A DNA stretch of 24,000 nt from Candidatus Pacearchaeota archaeon (GCA_041659945.1 JBAZXH010000001.1:28363-52362), one strand, 5' to 3'; positions 8,920-17,471 are shown, counted from the first letter of the stretch. Notes: generated by a model from the sequence alone, not told the origin. Made by a program: numbers and translations.

Positions 8920-9519
8920 ATGACAATTGTTTATGAAGCTTCTGATGATTCATATTTTTTAGCAGAAATTGTGGATAAGTATTTAGTTAATTTGAAAAAA
9001 GAAAAAATAAAAGATATTAAGGTTCTTGACCTTGGAACTGGTTCTGGAATTCAATCAAAAAACTGCATAAAATTAGGAGTAAAAAAACAAAATATTCTTG
9101 CGATTGATATAAACTCTAGTGCTTTGGATAGAGTAAAAGAGCTTAAAGTTAAAACATTAAAATCTGATTTGTTTGAAGCATTTAAAAGGAAAGGTAGTGT
9201 TAGGAGAAACTTGGTTCTCCCACAAAAGTACAATTTAATTATATTTAACCCGCCTTATTTGCCTGAAGATAAGTATGACAAGCTAAAAGATACAACTGGT
9301 GGAAAAAAGGGTGATGAAACTATTGTTAGGTTTATTGGAAAATTAAATAAACACCTATCTGAAATGGGAGTTTGTTTTTTGCTTACTTCTTCTTTTACTC
9401 CTGAAAAGGCTTGGAAAGCTGAAGCTAAAAAACAAAAGCTAGAAGTTAAGAGGTTAGCTAGGAGGAAACTATTCTTTGAGGAATTGTATGTTTGGGAGAT
9501 AAAACTGAGTAATTCTTAA
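8920..9519 (+). CDS. HemK/PrmC-like class I SAM-dependent methyltransferase (archaeal Mtq2-type)
   Basis: VYEASDDSYFLAEIV, VLDLGTGSGIQSKNCIKLG, AIDINSSALD, NPPYLP motif. Confidence 0.9.
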   Translation: MTIVYEASDDSYFLAEIVDKYLVNLKKEKIKDIKVLDLGTGSGIQSKNCIKLGVKKQNILAIDINSSALDRVKELKVKTLKSDLFEAFKRKGSVRRNLVLPQKYNLIIFNPPYLPEDKYDKLKDTTGGKKGDETIVRFIGKLNKHLSEMGVCFLLTSSFTPEKAWKAEAKKQKLEVKRLARRKLFFEELYVWEIKLSNS

Positions 9520-9530
9520 GTACAATCATA

Positions 9531-9538
9531 TTTATAAA
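9531..9538 (+). promoter_or_regulatory. Candidate TATA box upstream of the mini-ORF/mre11 start
   Basis: TTTATAAA; about 25-30 nt upstream of the ATG at 9562, consistent with archaeal leaderless spacing. Confidence 0.5.
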
Positions 9539-9561
9539 AAGCAGTTTTATAGAGGTATATT

Positions 9562-9597
9562 ATGGAAAAATATAATAAAGAGGTGCCAGAGGCGTGA
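9562..9597 (+). other. Possible leader mini-ORF (MEKYNKEVPEA) overlapping the mre11 GTG start
   Basis: ATG GAA AAA TAT AAT AAA GAG GTG CCA GAG GCG TGA; TGA overlaps GTG as GTGA, with GAGGTG (9580-9585) positioned as an SD for the GTG. Confidence 0.35.
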
Positions 9598-10751
9598 AGT
9601 TTGCACATTTGGGAGATTGTCATTTGGGAGGGTGGAGATTTCCGGAAATTCAGGAATTGAATATGCAGAGTTTTTCTCAAGCTCTTGATGTTTGTATAAA
9701 AGAAAAGGTAGATATGGTTTTAATTGCCGGAGACTTGTTTGACTCAGCATATCCTCCAATAGAAATATTAAAAAGGACATTTGCAGAGTTTAGAAAGTTG
9801 AAAGATGCTGAAATACCCTGCTTTTTGATTGCTGGATCTCATGATTTTTCAGCTTCTGGAAAAACATTTTTAGATGTTTTGGAACATGCAGGGTTTTGTA
9901 GTAATATTGTGCAGGTGGAAGAAAGGAATGATAAATTAATTCTAAAACCAACAATATTTCAAAATTATGCAATCTATGGTTATCCTGGAAAAAAGGCAGG
10001 TCTTGAAATACCTGACTTGAGAAGAATTATTTTTGATGATGCTCCGGGGTTTTTTAAAATCTTTATGTTACATACTGCGTTAAAAGAAGCTATTGGAAAT
10101 TTGCCAATAGATGCAGTTTCTATGAAAGAGCTGCCTCAAGCAGATTACTATGCAATGGGACATTTACACATAGATTTTTGTAATAACAAATTTGTGTATT
10201 CTAGTCCAATATTTCCAAATAATTTTGAAGAGTTGGAAGAATTAAAGTATGGGGCGTTTTACATAGTTGAGTTTGATAAAATTTTAAGGTGTAGAAAAAT
10301 CCCAATAAGGCTCAGGGAAGTACTTGTTATTAATCTTGAACTTGATAATTCAATAACTGCAACTGAAAAAATAATAAAAGAACTTGATAAGGAAGTTTTG
10401 GAAGATAAGATAATTTTACTAAAACTAAAAGGCCAATTTACAAATGGAAAGATTTCTGATATAAGATTTAATGAAATAGAACAATTTGTTAAAAACAAAA
10501 AGGCTTATTCATTTATTAAGAATATTTCCAAGCTTTCTGTGGAAGAATCTCAAATAAAAATTGAAGCCAAAGATATGCATGAAGTAGAGGATGATATAAT
10601 GCACCAGTATTTTGAAGAAAATCCTTCAAAATTTGGAGACAAGGTACCTCTTCTTTTAAAGACATTGAGTATTGAAAAACAGGAGGATGAAAAAAACCAG
10701 ATATTCAATGATCGTCTTTTGGATGAACTATCAAAAATATTAAATTTTTAG
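9594..10751 (+). CDS. mre11: DNA double-strand break repair nuclease Mre11
   Basis: KFAHLGDCHLGGW, DMVLIAGDLFDSAYPP, IAGSHD, MLHTA, MGHLH phosphoesterase motifs; directly precedes rad50. Confidence 0.93.
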   Translation: MKFAHLGDCHLGGWRFPEIQELNMQSFSQALDVCIKEKVDMVLIAGDLFDSAYPPIEILKRTFAEFRKLKDAEIPCFLIAGSHDFSASGKTFLDVLEHAGFCSNIVQVEERNDKLILKPTIFQNYAIYGYPGKKAGLEIPDLRRIIFDDAPGFFKIFMLHTALKEAIGNLPIDAVSMKELPQADYYAMGHLHIDFCNNKFVYSSPIFPNNFEELEELKYGAFYIVEFDKILRCRKIPIRLREVLVINLELDNSITATEKIIKELDKEVLEDKIILLKLKGQFTNGKISDIRFNEIEQFVKNKKAYSFIKNISKLSVEESQIKIEAKDMHEVEDDIMHQYFEENPSKFGDKVPLLLKTLSIEKQEDEKNQIFNDRLLDELSKILNF

Positions 10752-10773
10752 ACCATATTAACAAATTTAGAAA

Positions 10774-12822
10774 ATGATAATAAAAAGAATAAAAATCTCA
10801 AACATAAGAAGTTATGAAAATGCTGAGTTGGTTTTGCCTTCAGGCTCTACTCTTTTATCGGGAGATATTGGTTCGGGAAAAACATCTATCCTACTGGCCA
10901 TAGAATTTGCATTATTTGGTTTGCAACCCGGCCAAAAGGGAGCTTCTCTTCTTAAAAATGGCAAGGATGAGGGAAGTGTTGAGATTGAGATTGAGATTGA
11001 TAATCAAGATTTTATTATTACTCGTACATTAAAAAGGAAAAAGAGTATTGGGCAGGAGTCTTCATTTATAACAATTAATGGCAAAACTGAAGAAAAGTCT
11101 GTTAATGAACTTAAAAATTATGTTTTAAATTTGCTAAACTACCCGCCAGAATTTGCTAAAAAAACAAATCTTTTGTATAGATTTACTGTTTATGCACCTC
11201 AGGAAGAAATGAAACAGATTATTTTAGAAAATCCTGAGGTAAGACTTAATACTCTGAGGCATATTTTTGGCATAGACAAGTATAAAAGAATTAAGGAAAA
11301 TTCAACCATACTAATTTCTAGACTCAAAGAAATTTCAAAATTAAAACAGGGAGAAATCTCCGAGTTAGAGACAAAAAAAGACCTGATGAAGAATAGAATG
11401 GAAGAACTTGTTTTAACAACTAATAAAATACCGGAGATTGAAAAGAAATTAAAAGAGATTCTTGATTTGAGAGGGATAAAAGAAAAAGAGATAAAAGAAA
11501 TTGATGAGAAAATTGATGAGAAAAAGAAACTTGAAAATGAAGTGGATAAAGCGAGTATAATGTTGTTTACAAAAAAAGAGCAGTTGGTAAAAACTGAAAA
11601 GGAAATAGCTAATTTAAAGATGAGAGTTGAAGAAACAAAGAAAAGCTTTTCTCAGGAGGAGTTTGATGAACTTAATGAGTTGATTAAATCAAAGAGGCAG
11701 GAACAGGAAGGAATTAATAAGGAAGTAATACAGTTTTCTACAAAGATTACTTCTTTAGTATCAAAAAAATCTGACCTTGAATCTCTAAAGAATAAAATTT
11801 CAGGGTTAAAATGTTGCCCGACTTGCCTGCAGGATGTTGGAGATATGCATAAGAACAACATTCTTTCTCAAACAGAGGGGGAAATCGGTCTGATTAATAC
11901 TGAAAAAATAAATCTAGATAATGAACGTCAGCAAAAAGAAATTACCCTAAAACAACTTAATTCTGAACTTTTGGAGTTGGACAGAAAAAAGGGTTTGATG
12001 GATGTACTTAAAATAAGAATGTTGACCATTGAGGATGACCGTAAAAGGGTTGATGATTTGGAAAAACAAAAAAGTGCTCTGGACATTGATATGAAAATGC
12101 TTTCTGAACAAATAAATAGGTTAAAAGAAAGTGTTAGCGAAATGAAAAAGTTTGATATGGTGATGAAATCAAAGGAAAGTGAACTTGCTGAGATTATTAG
12201 AAAAGAAAGGGAAATTGAAATAAATAAGGCTGAAGTTGTTAAGGAGATTGAATTTGGTAAACGAGAAATTTCTAACCTTGAATTGGAGATTGAAAGAAAA
12301 GAAAAATCAAAACAGGAATTAATGTATCTCATGGAAATTGAAAGCTGGGTTTCAAACCAATTTTTAGAAATGATTAGTTTTATTGAAAGAAATGTTATGC
12401 TAAAGCTTAGAGATGAATTTTCTAAACTATTTAGCACCTGGTTTTCAATACTTGTGCCGGATAATTTTGAAGTAAGATTGGATGAAGAGTTTACACCAAT
12501 AATTGAGCAGCAGGACTTTCAATTGGACTATGATTATCTTTCTGGTGGAGAAAGGACAGCAATTGCCCTGGCTTATAGGCTTGCTCTGAACCAGACTATA
12601 AATTCTTTGTTGAGTGAGATTAAAACTAAAGGAATTGTTATTTTAGATGAGCCAACAGATGGTTTTTCTCAGCAACAGTTGGATAAGATGCGCGATGTTT
12701 TGCAGGAGTTAAATGTAAAGCAGTTATTGATAGTTAGTCATGACCAAAAAATAGAGTCTTTTGTTGAAAATATAGTACGCTTAAAAAAGGAAAATGGCCT
12801 TACGACCATAAGTCAGGCTTAG
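10774..12822 (+). CDS. rad50: DNA double-strand break repair ATPase Rad50
   Basis: Walker A GDIGSGKTSIL, zinc hook CCPTC, signature YLSGGERTAIALAYRLAL, Walker B GIVILDEPTDGFS, long coiled coils. Confidence 0.96.
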   Translation: MIIKRIKISNIRSYENAELVLPSGSTLLSGDIGSGKTSILLAIEFALFGLQPGQKGASLLKNGKDEGSVEIEIEIDNQDFIITRTLKRKKSIGQESSFITINGKTEEKSVNELKNYVLNLLNYPPEFAKKTNLLYRFTVYAPQEEMKQIILENPEVRLNTLRHIFGIDKYKRIKENSTILISRLKEISKLKQGEISELETKKDLMKNRMEELVLTTNKIPEIEKKLKEILDLRGIKEKEIKEIDEKIDEKKKLENEVDKASIMLFTKKEQLVKTEKEIANLKMRVEETKKSFSQEEFDELNELIKSKRQEQEGINKEVIQFSTKITSLVSKKSDLESLKNKISGLKCCPTCLQDVGDMHKNNILSQTEGEIGLINTEKINLDNERQQKEITLKQLNSELLELDRKKGLMDVLKIRMLTIEDDRKRVDDLEKQKSALDIDMKMLSEQINRLKESVSEMKKFDMVMKSKESELAEIIRKEREIEINKAEVVKEIEFGKREISNLELEIERKEKSKQELMYLMEIESWVSNQFLEMISFIERNVMLKLRDEFSKLFSTWFSILVPDNFEVRLDEEFTPIIEQQDFQLDYDYLSGGERTAIALAYRLALNQTINSLLSEIKTKGIVILDEPTDGFSQQQLDKMRDVLQELNVKQLLIVSHDQKIESFVENIVRLKKENGLTTISQA

Positions 12823-12903
12823 GAAAGTTTTAAAAGGAACAAACATCTTCATAAACGATTGTCATGTTTTAACTAAATACAATAAATTATATAACTAATA
12901 AAA

Positions 12904-13212
12904 ATGGATTTTTGCCCGAAGTGTGGATCTGTGTTGGAAATGAAAATGAAGAATTATGGATGTGTTAGGTGTGGTTATACTTCTAAAAATAGAGTAAAAA
13001 TTGAATCAAAAGAAAAAATTGAAGAAGCTAAGGAAATTGGTGTGGTAAAAGAGAAAGATACTGATGTTTTTCCAGTTGTTGCAAATACTTGTCCAAAGTG
13101 CAAGAACAAGGAAGCTTATTTCTGGACATCTCAAACAAGATCAGGTGATGAAGCTGAAACTCGTTTCTTTAGATGCGTTAAGTGCAAGCATACCTGGCGA
13201 GAGTATAAGTAA
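12904..13212 (+). CDS. tfs: Transcription elongation factor TFS (TFIIS-like, zinc ribbon)
   Basis: MDFCPKCGSVL...CVRCGY and C-terminal CPKCKNKEAYFWTSQTRSGDEAETRFFRCVKCKHTWREY (acidic RSGDEAET hairpin). Confidence 0.95.
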   Translation: MDFCPKCGSVLEMKMKNYGCVRCGYTSKNRVKIESKEKIEEAKEIGVVKEKDTDVFPVVANTCPKCKNKEAYFWTSQTRSGDEAETRFFRCVKCKHTWREYK

Positions 13213-13250
13213 ATCATCAGGAATTCTTAATATATCTTTGATAACACATT

Positions 13251-13271
13251 TATTTTTAAATAATAAAAATA
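13251..13271. repeat. Short perfect hairpin downstream of tfs
   Basis: TATTTTTA-aataa-TAAAAATA (8-bp arms, 5-nt loop). Confidence 0.45.
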
Positions 13272-13281
13272 CTAAGTTTAC

Positions 13282-13950
13282 ATGATAAGCTGGGAAAATA
13301 AATTCTTAGATGAAGGAATTTGCAGACAGACTGTAACAGAAGGTTTTATTCTAACTCAGGGAAGTTTACATTTAAATTTTGATGATAATCCTTTTGGCAA
13401 TGCAGCGCCTTATTTTCCATCATTTCAACTACTACAGGTACATGAAGGCCATCCTTTTCAAATTACAGATAGTGGAAGAATTATAGTTCGCCCTATAGGA
13501 GATGAAAGACTTTTAGGTCCAATACTAAGAGATGAAAACCTGCAGGTTTATGATGCTGCCTCATTTTTTCTAGCACCTTATGATATCCGGCTTCCAAAAG
13601 ATTTCCCTGGAAAGGTACTTGCTCAATTTGATAGTTTTATAGACCAAGAAGAAAGAAGAAATACAGCATCACTTGTTTATACTGGTGAAAGAGGATTAGA
13701 AATTGATGGGCAAGATATAAGTACTGTTTCAGTAGTCATGCCTTCACAAATACCTGCACATTTTTATAGCTGGCTTTATCATGCAGGCAGAGTTACGGCT
13801 TATGATGATAAAGCACCTTTTAATGAAATGTTAAAAGAGATTGGAAGATTTGATTTAAGAGATCTTGGAAGTGTTGCACATACTGCTGCACTAGAATTAG
13901 AAGAAAGGTTTGGAACGAGAATTTTAATTAAAGGAAGTAGTATTAAATAA
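13282..13950 (+). CDS. Hypothetical protein (222 aa)
   Basis: Long intact ORF with regular beta-rich sequence; family not recognised. Confidence 0.8.
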   Translation: MISWENKFLDEGICRQTVTEGFILTQGSLHLNFDDNPFGNAAPYFPSFQLLQVHEGHPFQITDSGRIIVRPIGDERLLGPILRDENLQVYDAASFFLAPYDIRLPKDFPGKVLAQFDSFIDQEERRNTASLVYTGERGLEIDGQDISTVSVVMPSQIPAHFYSWLYHAGRVTAYDDKAPFNEMLKEIGRFDLRDLGSVAHTAALELEERFGTRILIKGSSIK

Positions 13951-13972
13951 AAAGCTTAACATATCGGTAATT

Positions 13973-14245
13973 TTAACCGCCAAGAAATAGACTTTTTATA
14001 AAGAACTTAAGTGCCCATACATTTAGTAGGATAAAGTTAACTAATATTAGTATTAGGAATATGAACAATAAAGTCCAAAGAGCTGTTTTAATTGGACTTT
14101 TCTTTTTTGGTTTGTTTCTTGAGGTGACTCTATTCATAACATCTTTTATATCATCAGCTATTCTTTCCTTATTTTCTTCTCTTTCATTAGATGCTCGTTC
14201 TCTTTGAATATCATCAAGAGTTTTGATTTTACTTTTTCCGGCCAT
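13973..14245 (-). CDS. Small C-tail-anchored membrane protein (90 aa)
   Basis: Charged helical N-terminus, basic SRNKPKKKSPIK, then a long hydrophobic segment TALWTLLFIFLILILVNFILLNVWALKFF. Confidence 0.7.
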   Translation of the reverse strand: MAGKSKIKTLDDIQRERASNEREENKERIADDIKDVMNRVTSRNKPKKKSPIKTALWTLLFIFLILILVNFILLNVWALKFFIKSLFLGG

Positions 14246-14279
14246 TTTATACTTTAACTATTTGTTCGATTAATTTTAT

Positions 14280-14353
14280 GGACTCGAGGGGATTCGAACC
14301 CCCGACACCTAGATTAAGAGTCTAGTGCTCTAACCAGGCTGAGCTACGAGTCC
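14280..14353 (-). tRNA. tRNA-Lys (anticodon CTT)
   Basis: Reverse strand GGACTCG TA GCTC AGCCTGGTTA GAGC A CTAGA CTCTTAA TCTAG GTGTC GGGGG TTCGAAT CCCCT CGAGTCC; all four stems form and the anticodon loop is CTCTTAA (anticodon CTT). Confidence 0.97.
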
Positions 14354-14411
14354 AAAAGGTATAATATTAGAAAAAATACAAACTTAAAAACCTTTAGATT
14401 CAAAATAGATT

Positions 14412-16124
14412 CTAACTTAGAAAGTTATTCCAGGCTTTGTAGCTAGAATAAACTTCACTAGAATATTGTAAACCTTTTGCACTTAGCTGCCCATCATTGT
14501 ACACACTTAAAATACATTTTATCTTAGTGTCACCAGTTTTATCATTGCAAATAGCATAATTTGGATTTTCATTATTAAATGCTGATTTTAGGGTATTTGA
14601 TGCGCCGTTTAGCTGGGGTTCTAGTCCGTAATTAGCTTTATTACTAACATCATAACCCATCAGATATGCATCAAATATTTCAGTTTGCCCATTGGGATGT
14701 CCGAGTGTAGATTCTTGCTGCGCAATTGCAACTAAAACAGACTTAAACTCACTTGAGCTAAGACCTTGTGGAGGAGATTGGGCAACTTTATCAAAATAAT
14801 CTTTTATTTGAGAATATCTGTCTTGCAAAATTGGTTGGGGCAAAGTTCCAGTTTTTTCAAGTTGAACAACACTAGCTGAATCTGAAACTACTAAGGGTTT
14901 TGATGCTGAACTTTCTGAATTTTGTGTTGATTTTGAATTTGTTATATATGAATTCTGATTAACATTGCCCATTAACCAAGGAGCTTGACCTTGGTTAATT
15001 GTAGAAATTACATTCCCTTCATTATCTTTGAGAACATATTGGTATTCATTTTGATCATTTTTTAGAAGGTCAAGTTGTTTTGCGTTTGATGAAGAAATTC
15101 TAGAGTAGTCTGCAAAAGAATCTTCTAGTGCTGTGCGCGTTTGTGTACCAACAATTCCATCTTCTAAAATTCCTTTATTTGTGCGAGCATTATAATCTTT
15201 TTGAAATTTTAATACTGCTTTTTTTGTTTCTTCATCATATATTCCATTCTGAGGAACATCATATCCTAACGATTTGAGGGATGTTTGAATTTGTTGATTT
15301 GTAAAAAAGTCTTTATTTGCAGAAGGACGGTCTAGAGTTAAATCTGCTTTGTTTCCAACTGTAATCTGTCTACTGTTATCAAGATTAAGATCATAGCTTT
15401 GGCCCTCTGATGACTTTGCATAAAGTTTATCATTTTGAAAAGAAACAGAGTTTGAAGAAGTACTTTTTAAAAGGGGAGAAATTTGGAGAAGTGCAGAACC
15501 TGTGTTTAAAATATTGACTCCATTAACTTTTGCAGTACTTCCTGGAGGAAGATACATTTTTCCGTCTTTGATTAGTAGATTATCATATTCAATTTGTCCG
15601 CTGAGGCCCGGAAGTTTAAATGCTCCATTTTCTAATTCAATTGGACCGTTTTTTGAAAGTTTGGAGAAATCAAGAGTAGAATAATCTTGATTTTGGGTTT
15701 TTCCTGGAAGTTTGACTAAAATTTTATCTTGTGTTATTGTAATCTCTGTGTTTACTGGAAGGGTCTTTACATCAAAAACACTGAGTTCTTTATTTGGAGG
15801 AGTAATTTTTCCCTCTGTAGAATATGTAATGCCGGCTAAAGAATTTTCAATTTTTATCACATACTTGCCTTCAAGTATTTCTTGACTATACTTATCTATA
15901 TTTCTTGAGATTAGTTCTTGATTTAAACTGTTAAAAATTGGTTTTGCTTCAACAAGATTAATTGCTTGAGGAGCTTTGTCCAGATACTCATTGATACAAA
16001 CCGGATTTTTATAATCTGGCAGACCCGTAGGTGGGCAGACAATTGGAAAAACAATTGAAAAAGCTAGAGAAATAAATAAAAAAACTAGACAAAATAAAAA
16101 TAGTATCTTACTTGTTAAGTTCAT
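14412..16124 (-). CDS. Secreted/membrane-anchored protein with peptidoglycan-binding-like (PGBD) domain and C-terminal lysozyme/transglycosylase-like domain
   Basis: N-terminal hydrophobic segment (MNLTSKILFLFCLVFLFISLAFSIVF); PGBD-like IQTSLKSLGYDVPQNGIYDEETKKAVLKFQKDY...GIVGTQTRTALED; C-terminal FKSVLVAIAQQES...GLEPQLNGASNTLKSAF...CILSVYNDG. Start taken as the Met at 16124; the open frame extends to 16163. Confidence 0.8.
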   Translation of the reverse strand: MNLTSKILFLFCLVFLFISLAFSIVFPIVCPPTGLPDYKNPVCINEYLDKAPQAINLVEAKPIFNSLNQELISRNIDKYSQEILEGKYVIKIENSLAGITYSTEGKITPPNKELSVFDVKTLPVNTEITITQDKILVKLPGKTQNQDYSTLDFSKLSKNGPIELENGAFKLPGLSGQIEYDNLLIKDGKMYLPPGSTAKVNGVNILNTGSALLQISPLLKSTSSNSVSFQNDKLYAKSSEGQSYDLNLDNSRQITVGNKADLTLDRPSANKDFFTNQQIQTSLKSLGYDVPQNGIYDEETKKAVLKFQKDYNARTNKGILEDGIVGTQTRTALEDSFADYSRISSSNAKQLDLLKNDQNEYQYVLKDNEGNVISTINQGQAPWLMGNVNQNSYITNSKSTQNSESSASKPLVVSDSASVVQLEKTGTLPQPILQDRYSQIKDYFDKVAQSPPQGLSSSEFKSVLVAIAQQESTLGHPNGQTEIFDAYLMGYDVSNKANYGLEPQLNGASNTLKSAFNNENPNYAICNDKTGDTKIKCILSVYNDGQLSAKGLQYSSEVYSSYKAWNNFLS

Positions 16125-16914
16125 TAAAACAACCTCCCGTGCTGTTACACTCTGGAAAATCATAAGTTCCTATGAACTTAAACTCATAGGGACTTGAGGT
16201 GAAGTTAGAATCGTAGTCAGTTAAGGTATAAAGAAATACATTATTTGAATCTAAAACTTTTAGTTTCATATTCTTTTCTTTAATAGAGTCAGAAACACAT
16301 GAAAAACAAAGAGTATTCTTACTTTTAACTTGTTTGTTTATCAATTGATTTACTGAATTTAGTATACTGGGTAATTTTAGTGGTTCGACTCTTGTGCTAA
16401 ACACGGATATTTTTGCCGTTGAACTACCCTTTTTAATTGTAAGAGGCATATTTAGGGTTACTTCTGTGTAATTTTCATTAATTTTTGTTGTTGCCTGAAT
16501 ATCTTTAAAACTAACAGAGATACCTTGATCTGTAAATTGCTGAAAGTCATCTAAACAATCTTTGATGTTATATTCTATAGAATGACTTATTTCTGTTTGA
16601 ATAGACTCTAATGTTGGTACATAGCTGTTATCATTTTGAATAAATACTGGATATTCATAGAGAAAGATATTTATTTTATTTGAGGTTAGGTTGAAATAAC
16701 CTCCTTTTTGGCCAATGCTTGTTATTGAAGTCTCGGATGTTGTCTTTAGACAAGATTCAACAAATAGCTTAATATTTTGTGCTTCTGGTATTTTATCTAA
16801 ATTTTCTTGATCTGGAAGAACATTATAGTTTTTAATTGCAAAGAAGATTATAACTGCAGCAATTATTACTATGGCAATTATAATAAAAATAGTAACCTGG
16901 CCTCTTTTGTTCAT
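16108..16914 (-). CDS. Class III signal-like (pilin-like) N-terminus membrane protein, extracellular domain unknown
   Basis: MNKRGQVTIFIIIAIVIIAAVIIFFAIKN (basic -KRGQVTIF- then hydrophobic helix), Cys-containing ectodomain; 17-nt overlap with the downstream gene. Confidence 0.8.
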   Translation of the reverse strand: MNKRGQVTIFIIIAIVIIAAVIIFFAIKNYNVLPDQENLDKIPEAQNIKLFVESCLKTTSETSITSIGQKGGYFNLTSNKINIFLYEYPVFIQNDNSYVPTLESIQTEISHSIEYNIKDCLDDFQQFTDQGISVSFKDIQATTKINENYTEVTLNMPLTIKKGSSTAKISVFSTRVEPLKLPSILNSVNQLINKQVKSKNTLCFSCVSDSIKEKNMKLKVLDSNNVFLYTLTDYDSNFTSSPYEFKFIGTYDFPECNSTGGCFNELNK

Positions 16915-16944
16915 TAGAACAATAAAATAAAGAGATATATAAAA

Positions 16945-17211
16945 TTAACCTACAACTTGTTTTATATTTGAGATGTTGTCTGCAACATCAGTACCTTTTT
17001 TTGTTAGCTTGATAAGCTTTATTCTACCTTTTTTTTCAAAAGTTACAAGTCCAAGCTCTTCTAGTGTTTGAAGAATCTTAACTGCGTGACTATAGGTACA
17101 ATCAACTTCTTTGGCTAGAACAGAACCGTATCTTACTCGGGCTAGCTTTCTTAGAGCAATCATCATAAGTGCTGGCTTTCTTCTAAAAAAGATATCAAAG
17201 TTGTCTTTCAT
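16945..17211 (-). CDS. Winged-helix DNA-binding protein (MarR/ArsR-like, 88 aa)
   Basis: GSVLAKEVDCTYSHAVKILQTLEELGLVTFEKKGRIKLIKLTKKG is a typical wHTH with wing. Confidence 0.85.
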   Translation of the reverse strand: MKDNFDIFFRRKPALMMIALRKLARVRYGSVLAKEVDCTYSHAVKILQTLEELGLVTFEKKGRIKLIKLTKKGTDVADNISNIKQVVG

Positions 17212-17281
17212 TTTTTTGATGTATATTAGTATGTTTTGGGTAGTATATGATACAACCTATATATCGGACTATATTTGTGGT

Positions 17282-17310
17282 CCTTTTAAATCTTTCGTGA
17301 TTTAAAAAGG
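17282..17310. repeat. Stem-loop in the 17212-17471 intergenic region
   Basis: CCTTTTAAATC-tttcgt-GATTTAAAAAGG; 11 bp with one bulged A, 6-nt loop. Confidence 0.6.
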
Positions 17311-17390
17311 TAAAAAAATTTAAAATTTTACTACTGGCGTATGGGGTGTTTTTTTAAAATTCTGATTAAAAAAGAGCAAAATCGACGGTT

Positions 17391-17428
17391 CCATAGGAAA
17401 AACAAGTCGGTTTTTTTATTTCCTGTGG
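17391..17428. repeat. Second stem-loop in the same intergenic region
   Basis: CCATAGGAAA-(18 nt)-TTTCCTGTGG; 10 bp including one G-U. Confidence 0.6.
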
Positions 17429-17471
17429 AGAGGTAGTAAGGTTTATTAAGGATTTGAAGGTATTTTAATAT

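Noticed and set aside
9051-9233. Minus-strand ORF antisense to the methyltransferase gene
   Set aside because: Shadow ORF of a confidently assigned CDS, with low-complexity hydrophobic sequence.
9547-10498. Minus-strand ORFs at 9547-9780, 9790-9972 and 10259-10498
   Set aside because: All antisense to mre11, with no independent coding evidence.
11652-12437. Minus-strand ORFs at 11652-11861 and 11928-12437
   Set aside because: Antisense to the rad50 coiled-coil region; repetitive Ser/Leu/Phe composition comes from complementing Lys/Glu-rich codons.
13064-13285. 73-aa plus-strand ORF overlapping tfs
   Set aside because: Out of frame with the confident TFS zinc-ribbon sequence.
14385-14409. 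Short direct repeat AGATTC...AGATTC near the end of the PGBD gene
   Set aside because: Only 6 nt in an AT-rich gap; expected by chance.
15502-15684. 60-aa plus-strand ORF antisense to the PGBD protein
   Set aside because: Shadow ORF.
17111-17305. 64-aa plus-strand ORF overlapping the HTH gene start
   Set aside because: Antisense to the wHTH CDS; no motif of its own.
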